From positions 368,605 to 400,604 of the forward strand of contig OZ254085.1 in assembly GCA_965267565.1 (NCBI GenBank): a DNA stretch of 32,000 nucleotides. The letters are read 5' to 3'. The position numbers and the translations under genes were made by a program. Below, one piece after another: positions 7,710 through 15,181 of the stretch. The number at the start of each line of letters is the position of its first letter. Within the stretch, counting starts at the first letter, position 1. The notes beneath the pieces were generated by a model. That model saw only the letters and a list, made by a program, of their open reading frames with translations. It did no database searches and was not told where the DNA came from. Source of the stretch: Balneola sp. (lineage in GTDB: Bacteria > Bacteroidota > Rhodothermia > Balneolales > Balneolaceae).

Positions 7710-9563
7710 ATGGATAGGTTATATACTTTAATCATTAATAAAATACCTTTTAAGCAATATGTATTAGCTTTCACAGCTATTGTTATGTGTTTTTCAATCG
7801 CTCAGGTTCAGGCACAAACAAGTTCAGGGGCAGGCTTTTCACAATCTGATGATTTACAAATTGCAACCATAGAGCAAAGTTACGATTCTCAGGTTATCCA
7901 GGTAATATCTAATCATTTTGACAGAAAAAAATTCTTTGTTGATGTTAACATCGACGCTGATATTATCCAGGATACCATCACAACTCAAAATCAAATTCTG
8001 ACCTCAAGAAATCAGAACATTGCTCTTCCGGGACTTCCTTTTCTACCGGATGATAACTTGCAGAATGTCGGACCTACAACCGGTAATGAGTCAGCGTTAA
8101 GCCAAAATGTTACCAGAAGGCTTATACTGAATAATATCATAGTAAATATTTATGCTGATACCAGCTTTTCTGTACCTGAACTGGATTTTATGAGGCAAAT
8201 TGCGGGGTTTGCTGCAAAAACAAATCCTGCGAGAGGCGACCAAATTAATATTACTCAGCTTGCTATACCTGATCCTGATTTTGAGCCTATTCCGATCGAA
8301 TCTACTAACATTAATGAACAAGTAGCAGAGCCTGAGACTTTCTTCTCTTCTTTAGGTGATTATATTACTGAATTCATTTTAATAGGCTTGTTTATTTTGT
8401 CTCTCATCGCAAACAGTGTTTTTTACAGAGATAAACAATCAAGTTCTAACCTCCGGCTTGAAAGAGCAAGTTTTAACTTGGAAGGAAATTTCCCGGGAAA
8501 TAACAATCCCTCCGGAGATCCTTTTGCGGGCGAAAGCCGCTCCTTAAATATAACTACTTCATCAGAAGAAGAGTTTTCAATGAAAGAGTTTGATGAATTG
8601 GCTAAAAACTTTTTTACTAAACCCGAAGAAACGGCTCTTCTTTTAGAATACTGGATTGATGAAGATCCGGTAAATGGAGCAACAAAAGCTGCGGAAATTA
8701 TCGCATCGGGGGATTCTACGCTGATCCGTTCCATTAAAAAAGATTTGCCTGAGGAAAAATATGAGGAAATAGTTCAGGCTTTAGAAGAACTATCTCCAAT
8801 GACTATTGAAGAGAAAAACAAAGCAGCTAAATATTTTAATACACTCATTAAAGAAGGTGATAACAAAGAGTCTAAAAAGAAGAATTACGCAAATTTAGGC
8901 CTCTTTAAATTTTTAGAGCATGTTACCAATCACCAGCTTATGGAGCTTCTCAAGAATGAAACAAATCAAACTGCAGCTCTTGTAATTGATTATCTGCCGG
9001 AAGATAAAGCCGCTGAATTGCTGAATAAATTGGATGGCGAAAAAGCTGCTGAGATCATGCTCAAGATGTCAACTTTACACAATCTCACCTATAAACAACA
9101 TAGCTTTATATCGTCCCGACTTTTTGATAAGGTAGTAGAGATCAGAGACGTTGAAAAACAGGAAAAAATGGGAATGGAAAACATCCTCCCAATCCTTGAA
9201 AAGCTACCAGTAAAAGAACAGAAAAAATATATTGAGCAGATTAAAGCATCCGGTTCTGTATTGGGAGAAATGCTTGAGAAACAATTCCTGACAATTGATC
9301 AGATTCCTGATCTTGATAATGAAATAATCAAAGAAGGTGTTGAGGCTTTAAACACTCCTACTCTTTTAGACTCTTTAGTTGGCTTGGATAAAGAAATTAT
9401 AGATAAAATATTGGCTGTACGCCCAAAAAGAGAGCAGAAATTAATACGTATGGAACTTGAAGAAATGGAAGGATCAGATGGTACTGATCAGGCAAAATCT
9501 AAATTGCTAAGCTCTTTAAGAAAATCCTACACCGAACATCTTCAGGAAGAAGTCGTTGAATGA
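7710..9563 (+). CDS. membrane protein with FliF-like periplasmic/TM part fused to FliG-like (N/M/C) cytoplasmic domains
   Basis: There are two hydrophobic segments, aa ~17-35 and aa ~217-239. The periplasmic stretch RRLILNNIIVNIYADTSFSVPELDFMRQIAGFAAKTNPARGDQINITQL resembles the end of the FliF/YscJ ring-building region. On the cytoplasmic side, LLKNETNQTAALVIDYLPEDKAAELLNKLDGEKAAEIMLKMSTL resembles the FliG middle-domain EHPQ region. ILAVRPKREQKLIRMELEEMEG...AKSKLLSSLRK resembles the FliG C-terminal torque-helix region. Confidence 0.55.
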   Translation: MDRLYTLIINKIPFKQYVLAFTAIVMCFSIAQVQAQTSSGAGFSQSDDLQIATIEQSYDSQVIQVISNHFDRKKFFVDVNIDADIIQDTITTQNQILTSRNQNIALPGLPFLPDDNLQNVGPTTGNESALSQNVTRRLILNNIIVNIYADTSFSVPELDFMRQIAGFAAKTNPARGDQINITQLAIPDPDFEPIPIESTNINEQVAEPETFFSSLGDYITEFILIGLFILSLIANSVFYRDKQSSSNLRLERASFNLEGNFPGNNNPSGDPFAGESRSLNITTSSEEEFSMKEFDELAKNFFTKPEETALLLEYWIDEDPVNGATKAAEIIASGDSTLIRSIKKDLPEEKYEEIVQALEELSPMTIEEKNKAAKYFNTLIKEGDNKESKKKNYANLGLFKFLEHVTNHQLMELLKNETNQTAALVIDYLPEDKAAELLNKLDGEKAAEIMLKMSTLHNLTYKQHSFISSRLFDKVVEIRDVEKQEKMGMENILPILEKLPVKEQKKYIEQIKASGSVLGEMLEKQFLTIDQIPDLDNEIIKEGVEALNTPTLLDSLVGLDKEIIDKILAVRPKREQKLIRMELEEMEGSDGTDQAKSKLLSSLRKSYTEHLQEEVVE

Positions 9564-10105
9564 TGGGTTTATCTGGGAAAAACCATATCAAGTATCTTTT
9601 GTATGTAATTGGTATATCACTTTGCATTGAGGTGGGATGTACATCTTCGAATCAGGTTTCAGAAACTCCGCAAGAACAAAATGATACTGCAAATATTGAC
9701 GATGGTTTAAATCAGCAAATCGTTAATGAAAATAATAAAAGATCGGATGAAGCTATTCGCGACTCTTTGAATGCTGTTTTAAAAGACGAAATTCATGCTC
9801 AATATCAGTCGCAGGCTAACCGGCTTACTACATTTTATATATTGGCACAACAACGGTTTTATAGTGGAGATTACCAACAAGCACTTTTTTTGATCAACAG
9901 AGCTGCAAATATTAAAGAGTCCGCTGATGTACTGGCTTTAAGAGGCAGCATTTATTTTGGCTTGGGATCAATTGAAAACTTCGTTTCCAACTGGAGAGAA
10001 GCATTAGAGAAAGACCGGAACGTACCAATACCGCCCTCACCCCCGATCATTGAAGAGCTAAAAAATCAGGGACTAATAAATGAAAATCTTGAACGTAACT
10101 TTTAG
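9560..10105 (+). CDS. TPR-like periplasmic protein (possible lipoprotein)
   Basis: The ATGA overlap with the upstream stop suggests translational coupling. A hydrophobic leader ends in ...IEVGC (Cys27; atypical lipobox). The helical segment FYILAQQRFYSGDYQQALFLINRAANIKESADVLALRGSIYFGLGSIENFVSNWREALEKD is TPR-like and paralogous to the tail of the 994-aa protein. Confidence 0.5.
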   Translation: MMGLSGKNHIKYLLYVIGISLCIEVGCTSSNQVSETPQEQNDTANIDDGLNQQIVNENNKRSDEAIRDSLNAVLKDEIHAQYQSQANRLTTFYILAQQRFYSGDYQQALFLINRAANIKESADVLALRGSIYFGLGSIENFVSNWREALEKDRNVPIPPSPPIIEELKNQGLINENLERNF

Positions 10106-10114
10106 AAATTTTAA

Positions 10115-10912
10115 ATGAAGATTTCATTTTCTAACATCATCAGCTTTTTAGTTTCATTGGGAATCCTTGTGTGGGGTTCTTTGATGGTGATTGGTTTTGC
10201 AGAATACAATGTAATCCCTTCAGACTTTGAGTTCCTTAACCTGCCAAGTTTAGCTATTGTATTCGGAGGAATAACAGCAAGCGTATTTATTAGCTATCCC
10301 TTTCGAAAAGTTGTAAGAGCATTTCGTGAAAGCTTTCGCCTGTTCTCCCAAAGTAATATCGACGATAAACTGCTTGAGCAAGACATTGAAAATATTCTTG
10401 AGTGGCAAAAGATGATTCGAATCGACCGAAACGCTGCTGTAGCGCAGTTAAGTGAGCAATACAGCGGACAATTTGAAGGATATTTGTTTTCGATACTGGA
10501 TACCAATTACTCCACAGAGGAGTTCAGAGAATTAGGTGAAATCAATATTCAGGAAACTTATACTCGGCAACAGCAAATAAATCAGATTATGGTAAGTATG
10601 GGTAAAACCGCACCGGTATTTGGTATGCTGGGAACTTTGTTTGGTCTGATTGTCATCCTTTCCGGTTTTAATGAAGTGGATTCTCTCCTTTCCGGTCTCG
10701 CAGCTGCCTTAATGACCACTTTATATGGGATTTTAATTGGGAATTTCATTTTCACACCAATGGCAAAGAAGATGAATAATATTGCTTCGCTACAGTACTT
10801 CCGGGAAAAAATGATTTTAGAAGGCGTTTTACTGATACAGGAGCAAAAATCTTCTCTTCAAATTTACGACAAGCTTAAAGCTCACATGCATCGAAATGTT
10901 CAACAATTTTAA
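10115..10912 (+). CDS. MotA/PomA-type stator A subunit (MotA/TolQ/ExbB proton-channel family)
   Basis: Four-TM layout with a ~100-aa cytoplasmic loop between TM2 and TM3. TM3 is TAPVFGMLGTLFGLIVIL. TM4, LAAALMTTLYGILIGNFIFTPMAKKM, closely follows the PomA/MotA pattern (ALLTTLYG....N..F.P.A.K). Confidence 0.8.
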   Translation: MKISFSNIISFLVSLGILVWGSLMVIGFAEYNVIPSDFEFLNLPSLAIVFGGITASVFISYPFRKVVRAFRESFRLFSQSNIDDKLLEQDIENILEWQKMIRIDRNAAVAQLSEQYSGQFEGYLFSILDTNYSTEEFRELGEINIQETYTRQQQINQIMVSMGKTAPVFGMLGTLFGLIVILSGFNEVDSLLSGLAAALMTTLYGILIGNFIFTPMAKKMNNIASLQYFREKMILEGVLLIQEQKSSLQIYDKLKAHMHRNVQQF

Positions 10913-10926
10913 GGTACTGCCAAGCT

Positions 10927-12663
10927 TTGAAAGTTGATGATCCATATAATAAAAAACAGTCATTATATCCCGAGCAGGAATTAGAATCTGCTGATGATGA
11001 TAGCTGGCAGGTCAGTTATCTCGATATAATCACTATTATTCTGGGCTTTCTCATTATCCTGCTATCCGTTTCTTCTTTAAAAGAAATAGAAACCTTTTCG
11101 GTATCCGATCTTTTTAAATCATCTGAAAATGAGACGGAGTTCATCACCACTCCAATCGAGCAAATTAAAGAACGTTTAGAGGCACTTCTTGCACAGGAAA
11201 TTGCAGATGGACAATTAGAAATCTATCGGGAGCTCAATGATGTGAAAATTCGCTTCAGAAGTGATGATTTATATCAATCGGGAAGTGCCGAAATTCAACC
11301 CGAAGCAAGTGCTTTGTTAAACCGAGTTCTGGCAGCTTTTAAACTAATCGAGTATGACGATTTTGAAATTGATGTGGAAGGTCACACTGATAACGTTCCT
11401 ATTACTACCGCTGCTTATCCATCCAACTGGGAACTTTCTACCGCTCGTGCCTCCAATGTCGTAAAATATTTCAATGAATCAGGAATTAAAGACGATAGGC
11501 TGAAGGCTTCCGGGTATGCTTCTTCTCGTCCTGTTGTGGAATTCGATGATCGGGGAAACCCTGTGGCTGCTTCAAAAAGTAAAAACAGAAGAATTGTATT
11601 GCGACTGTTTTATTCCAATCCTGATCAGATGTTAGCTGACCAAACAGAAGCAGTAGAAGAAATAACCGAAGAACCTATTGAAACTCCTGAGAATGAGCAG
11701 ATTCTCCCTGAAAATTCGCGGGAAACTGAAGCAGAGGAAGAGCCTCAAAACAACGAGCCAATTGCTCAAATCGAAAATTCCGCTTCACCAGAAGTAGTCG
11801 AGGAAGAAACTCCGGAGTCTGTTAACGAAGTGCAGGAATCTCAGCCTGAGACTATTAAAAGTAATACTTCGACTCCATCCACTCCACCCTCTTCCGGAAA
11901 TGAAGATAATATACAAGGATGCAGATACTCGGTTCAGGTGGGCAGTTATGAATCATTCGCAAACAGTATAAGAGTTGCTAACAGAACGGAAAATCAAACT
12001 TCACGATCTTTCGAAATCGTTTACAACAACTTTCTCTTCTCTGTTCGAAGTAATGCCTTCAATTCACTAACCCGTGCTTACCGTTTTAATGATCAATTTT
12101 CTGATGCCAATGATTCAGAAGAACCTTCTGCAGTTATTTATCAGTGTTATCAACAGGACTATCAGTATCCTAATTCGCTTAATTATGTTATTCAATTAGG
12201 CTTTTTCCAGAACGAACAAAATGCGCTTAATTTTCAACAAACACTTGCAAACGAATATGGTATTGACGCCAAAATTGAGTCATTATCAGTTCAGGCTTAT
12301 ACAGTTTTCGCCGGACCATATTCTGACAGGAAAGAAGCTCAGCAAAAAATTAGTGAGTTTCGTCAAAATGATATTCTGAGCAACGTTTTTCTTAAATATG
12401 ATCCCAAAACTGTTTCTGATTATTCCTACGATTATCAAATAATCGCAGGATCTTATCGAAGTAAAACCAGAGCTTTTCAAATTTCTCAAAGCCTGCAAGA
12501 TCTCCTAAATATTAGTTCTGAAGTGATCACAAAAGAGGATGGAAATTCTTATGTAATTACTCAATCTCAGAATAACTGGGATGATACACTAATAAGACTT
12601 GAGCAGTTGGCAGGAAGTAATCTAAACCTCACTCCTGTTATTTATTTGACCGAGAGGAGTTAA
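10927..12663 (+). CDS. MotB-type stator B subunit (OmpA-like peptidoglycan-binding domain) with acidic linker and three C-terminal SPOR-like repeats
   Basis: TTG start (uncertain). The N-terminus SWQVSYLDIITIILGFLIILL is a MotB-like TM with a conserved Asp. The OmpA-like domain is FRSDDLYQSGSAEI...VEGHTDNVPI...SNWELSTARASNVVKYF...NRRIVLRL. A Glu/Pro/Thr-rich linker spans about nt 11620-11916. SPOR-like repeats begin YSVQVGSYES, YVIQLGFFQNEQNALNFQ...YTVFAGPYSDRKEAQ and YQIIAGSYRSKTRAFQ. Confidence 0.8.
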   Translation: MKVDDPYNKKQSLYPEQELESADDDSWQVSYLDIITIILGFLIILLSVSSLKEIETFSVSDLFKSSENETEFITTPIEQIKERLEALLAQEIADGQLEIYRELNDVKIRFRSDDLYQSGSAEIQPEASALLNRVLAAFKLIEYDDFEIDVEGHTDNVPITTAAYPSNWELSTARASNVVKYFNESGIKDDRLKASGYASSRPVVEFDDRGNPVAASKSKNRRIVLRLFYSNPDQMLADQTEAVEEITEEPIETPENEQILPENSRETEAEEEPQNNEPIAQIENSASPEVVEEETPESVNEVQESQPETIKSNTSTPSTPPSSGNEDNIQGCRYSVQVGSYESFANSIRVANRTENQTSRSFEIVYNNFLFSVRSNAFNSLTRAYRFNDQFSDANDSEEPSAVIYQCYQQDYQYPNSLNYVIQLGFFQNEQNALNFQQTLANEYGIDAKIESLSVQAYTVFAGPYSDRKEAQQKISEFRQNDILSNVFLKYDPKTVSDYSYDYQIIAGSYRSKTRAFQISQSLQDLLNISSEVITKEDGNSYVITQSQNNWDDTLIRLEQLAGSNLNLTPVIYLTERS

Positions 12664-12811
12664 TTACTTTTATCTCATCCTTAAATCGGACGTTTGCCAT
12701 AGAAATTCAAATTGACCAGGAATAAAAACCGGTTTATTGTAGAAACTTATGACTTCCATCTGACGGATAACCCGCCTGATGGATCTAAAAGGCAAATATC
12801 GAGTCTGAAAG

Positions 12812-12842
12812 ATTGGTCAGACGGGCAATCCGTCAGACCAAT
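12812..12842. terminator. 13-bp imperfect hairpin in the convergent gap between the motB-like gene and the E2 gene (possible terminator)
   Basis: ATTGGTCAGACGG / CCGTCAGACCAAT form a stem with one A-A mismatch and a short loop, 13 nt beyond the E2 stop on the minus strand. There is no clear U-run on either strand. Confidence 0.3.
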
Positions 12843-12854
12843 GAAACCAAAATC

Positions 12855-14150
12855 CTAAAGCAACATCGATAAAGGATTCTCAAGCAAGTTTCTCACTGTA
12901 TTTAGGAACTGTGCAGCTTTTGCGCCATCTACAATTCTGTGATCGCTTGACAGCGTAACTTTCATTCGTTTACCCGGGACTACTTCTCCGTTTTCTACTA
13001 CAGGTACGTCGCGAATTGCTCCAACGGCAAGAATACAAGCATTTGGAGGATTGATGATTGCCGTGAATTCTTCGATACCGAACATTCCAAGATTCGAAAT
13101 AGTAAACGTACTTCCTTCCATTTGATCCGGTTGCAGTTTTCTGTCTCTGGCCAATCCGGCAAGTTCTCTGGTTTCTGCAGAAATTTCAGCTAAACCTTTC
13201 TTATCAGCATGATTAATTACCGGAGTCATCAAGCCTTCATCAATAGCTACAGCAACCGCTACGTGCACATCTCCGTGCTCCATAATGGTGTCATCATGCC
13301 AAGAGCTGTTTATTGCCTGATGACGTGTTAGCGCAATAGCACAGGCTTTTACTACAATATCATTAAAGCTGATTTTCACATCATTAGCTTCATTCATTGA
13401 AGAACGCGCAGCCATGGCCGCTTTCATGTCGATGTCGATCGTTTCATAGAAATGCGGATTAGTAAACTTACTTTCAGAAAGTCTGCGGGCAATAGTCTTT
13501 CTCATCTGTGAAACTTTCACTTCTTTGCTTTCCAGGCTTTGGAAAGTTCTTGGTGAAGAAGCTGAATCGGTAGCGCTTGAAGGTTTAGATAGTCCGCTTC
13601 CTGAGCTACTTTCTTTGAAGTTTTCAATATCAGATTTGATAATTCTTCCATCGGGACCTGAACCATTTACAGAAGCAAGATCAATTCCTTTATCCTCTGC
13701 CATTTTTCGTGCTAAAGGTGATGCTTTAATTCTTCCATCATCTGAAGATGAAGAATTATCTGATTTGGTTTCTTCTTGTTTGGTTTCCGAACCCTCTTCT
13801 TCTGTCTCGGAAGCTTTTGATTCAGAATCATCTGATTTCTCTTCAGAATCTGAGTCACTTGAACTAGAACTTCCTGCATCAGCTCCGTCCAATAAATCAG
13901 AAATATCTTCGCCTTCCTCTCCGATTATAGCTATTAATCCACCCAAAGGAACCGAATCTCCTTCAGCAGGAATAATTTTGAGAAGAGTACCATCATCAAA
14001 AGCTTCTACATCCATGGTAGCCTTATCTGTTTCCACTTCAGCAATAATATCTCCGGCAGAAATTTTATCGCCTTCCTGAACATTCCATTTAGCGATTACC
14101 CCTTCTTCCATGGTATCGCTGAGCTTCGGCATTTCTATCTTAATAGCCAT
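12855..14150 (-). CDS. pdhC: pyruvate dehydrogenase complex E2, dihydrolipoamide acetyltransferase
   Basis: Lipoyl domain with EVETDKATMDVEA, subunit-binding motif ASPLARKMAEDKGIDL, and catalytic motif SSDHRIVDGA. It follows the E1 alpha and beta genes in an operon. Confidence 0.9.
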   Translation of the reverse strand: MAIKIEMPKLSDTMEEGVIAKWNVQEGDKISAGDIIAEVETDKATMDVEAFDDGTLLKIIPAEGDSVPLGGLIAIIGEEGEDISDLLDGADAGSSSSSDSDSEEKSDDSESKASETEEEGSETKQEETKSDNSSSSDDGRIKASPLARKMAEDKGIDLASVNGSGPDGRIIKSDIENFKESSSGSGLSKPSSATDSASSPRTFQSLESKEVKVSQMRKTIARRLSESKFTNPHFYETIDIDMKAAMAARSSMNEANDVKISFNDIVVKACAIALTRHQAINSSWHDDTIMEHGDVHVAVAVAIDEGLMTPVINHADKKGLAEISAETRELAGLARDRKLQPDQMEGSTFTISNLGMFGIEEFTAIINPPNACILAVGAIRDVPVVENGEVVPGKRMKVTLSSDHRIVDGAKAAQFLNTVRNLLENPLSMLL

Positions 14151-14174
14151 ATTTCGTCAATTAGTAAGTGAGTT

Positions 14175-15158
14175 TTAATTTCTGTAAGTAACCTGATTCA
14201 CAGCATCCACAACCTGCTTTACGCTTGGATACCAAAGGTCGAATAAATTTTTTGCAAAAGGTGCACACACATCCGGAAGAGTAACTCTTTGAACCGGAGC
14301 ATCTAAATAATCAAAAGCTTCGCGCTGAATCAAAAATCCAACTTCAGCTGCTAAACCACCGAATGGATGCGCTTCATCCAACAACACACAACGATTCGTT
14401 TTCTTAATCGATTCAATGATCAACGGTAAATCTAAAGGCTTAACTGTTCTTGGATCAATAATCTCGCACTCAACACCGTCTTTGGCTAATTCCTTTGCTG
14501 CATTTACTGCAAGATGATACATCTTTCCGTGAGCAACTAAAGTCACATGCTCGCCTTCTCGCTTAACTTTTCCCTTTCCGATTGGAATGATGTAATCATC
14601 ATCTTCAGGAACTTCACCTTTCAATCCATACATCTGCTCCGATTCCATAAAAAGTACTGGATTATCGTCACGAATTGCTGATTTCAACAATCCTTTGGCA
14701 TCTCCTGGTTCTGAAGTGTAAATCACTTTTAATCCGGGAAAATGAGCATACATGGAATCGTAAGCTACTGAGTGAGTGGCTCCTAACTGTCCTGCAGAAG
14801 CATTTGGACCTCTAAACACAATCGGACAATCAATTTGTCCACCAGTCATGTACTTCACTTTTGAAGCATGGTTTATGATCTGATCTGCAGCTAACACTGC
14901 GAAGTTAAACGTCATAAATTCTACAATGGGACGTAAACCATTCATTGCAGCACCAACTCCGATTCCTGCAAATCCAAGCTCCGAAATCGGGGTATCGATT
15001 ACTCTTTTATATCCGTATTTATCGAGGAGTCCTTCCGTAGTTTTGTAAGCGCCATTATACTCGGCAACTTCCTCACCCATAATTAATACTTTCTCGTCAT
15101 TGGCCATCTCTTCATCGATGGCAGCTTTAATTGCTTCTCTAAATTGTAATTCAGCCAT
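14175..15158 (-). CDS. pdhB: pyruvate dehydrogenase E1 component beta subunit
   Basis: Transketolase-like pyrimidine-binding region VIDTPISELGFAGIGVGAAMNGLRPIVEFMTFNF. Length of 327 aa and operon context fit. Confidence 0.9.
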   Translation of the reverse strand: MAELQFREAIKAAIDEEMANDEKVLIMGEEVAEYNGAYKTTEGLLDKYGYKRVIDTPISELGFAGIGVGAAMNGLRPIVEFMTFNFAVLAADQIINHASKVKYMTGGQIDCPIVFRGPNASAGQLGATHSVAYDSMYAHFPGLKVIYTSEPGDAKGLLKSAIRDDNPVLFMESEQMYGLKGEVPEDDDYIIPIGKGKVKREGEHVTLVAHGKMYHLAVNAAKELAKDGVECEIIDPRTVKPLDLPLIIESIKKTNRCVLLDEAHPFGGLAAEVGFLIQREAFDYLDAPVQRVTLPDVCAPFAKNLFDLWYPSVKQVVDAVNQVTYRN

Positions 15159-15181
15159 TATTCTGTTCTTTGAAATTCTTT

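Noticed and set aside
10115-12663. MotA/MotB-like pair as a Zorya-type (ZorAB) anti-phage defence system
   Set aside because: The A subunit is a compact 265-aa PomA/MotA-like protein without the long C-terminal tail expected of ZorA. No ZorC/ZorD-like (or ZorE) genes follow, because the next genes are a convergent PDH operon. The neighbours are envelope and fibre genes.
10115-12663. The pair as ExbB/ExbD or TolQ/TolR
   Set aside because: The A subunit shows four TM segments with a large TM2-TM3 cytoplasmic loop and the PomA-like TM4 motif. The B subunit has an OmpA-type peptidoglycan-binding domain, which ExbD and TolR lack. No TonB, TolA or Pal-like gene is adjacent.
7710-12663. Fragment of an ordinary flagellar gene cluster
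   Set aside because: No fliM/fliN, flhA/B, fliPQR, rod, hook or flagellin genes are present in the 32 kb. The FliF-like part is far too short for an MS-ring protein and is fused to the FliG-like part. The flanks are a pilus-like module and housekeeping genes. This still needs whole-genome context.
1310-12663. The locus as a horizontally acquired island or mobile element
   Set aside because: No integrase, transposase, tRNA, flanking direct repeats or obvious compositional break could be seen. Composition looks like the rest of the window, though this was judged by eye only.
13525-14079. 184-aa plus-strand ORF antisense to the E2 gene
   Set aside because: It lies entirely within the well-supported E2 CDS. 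Its low-complexity S/E/L sequence is the mirror of the E2 acidic/serine linker, and it has no independent signals.
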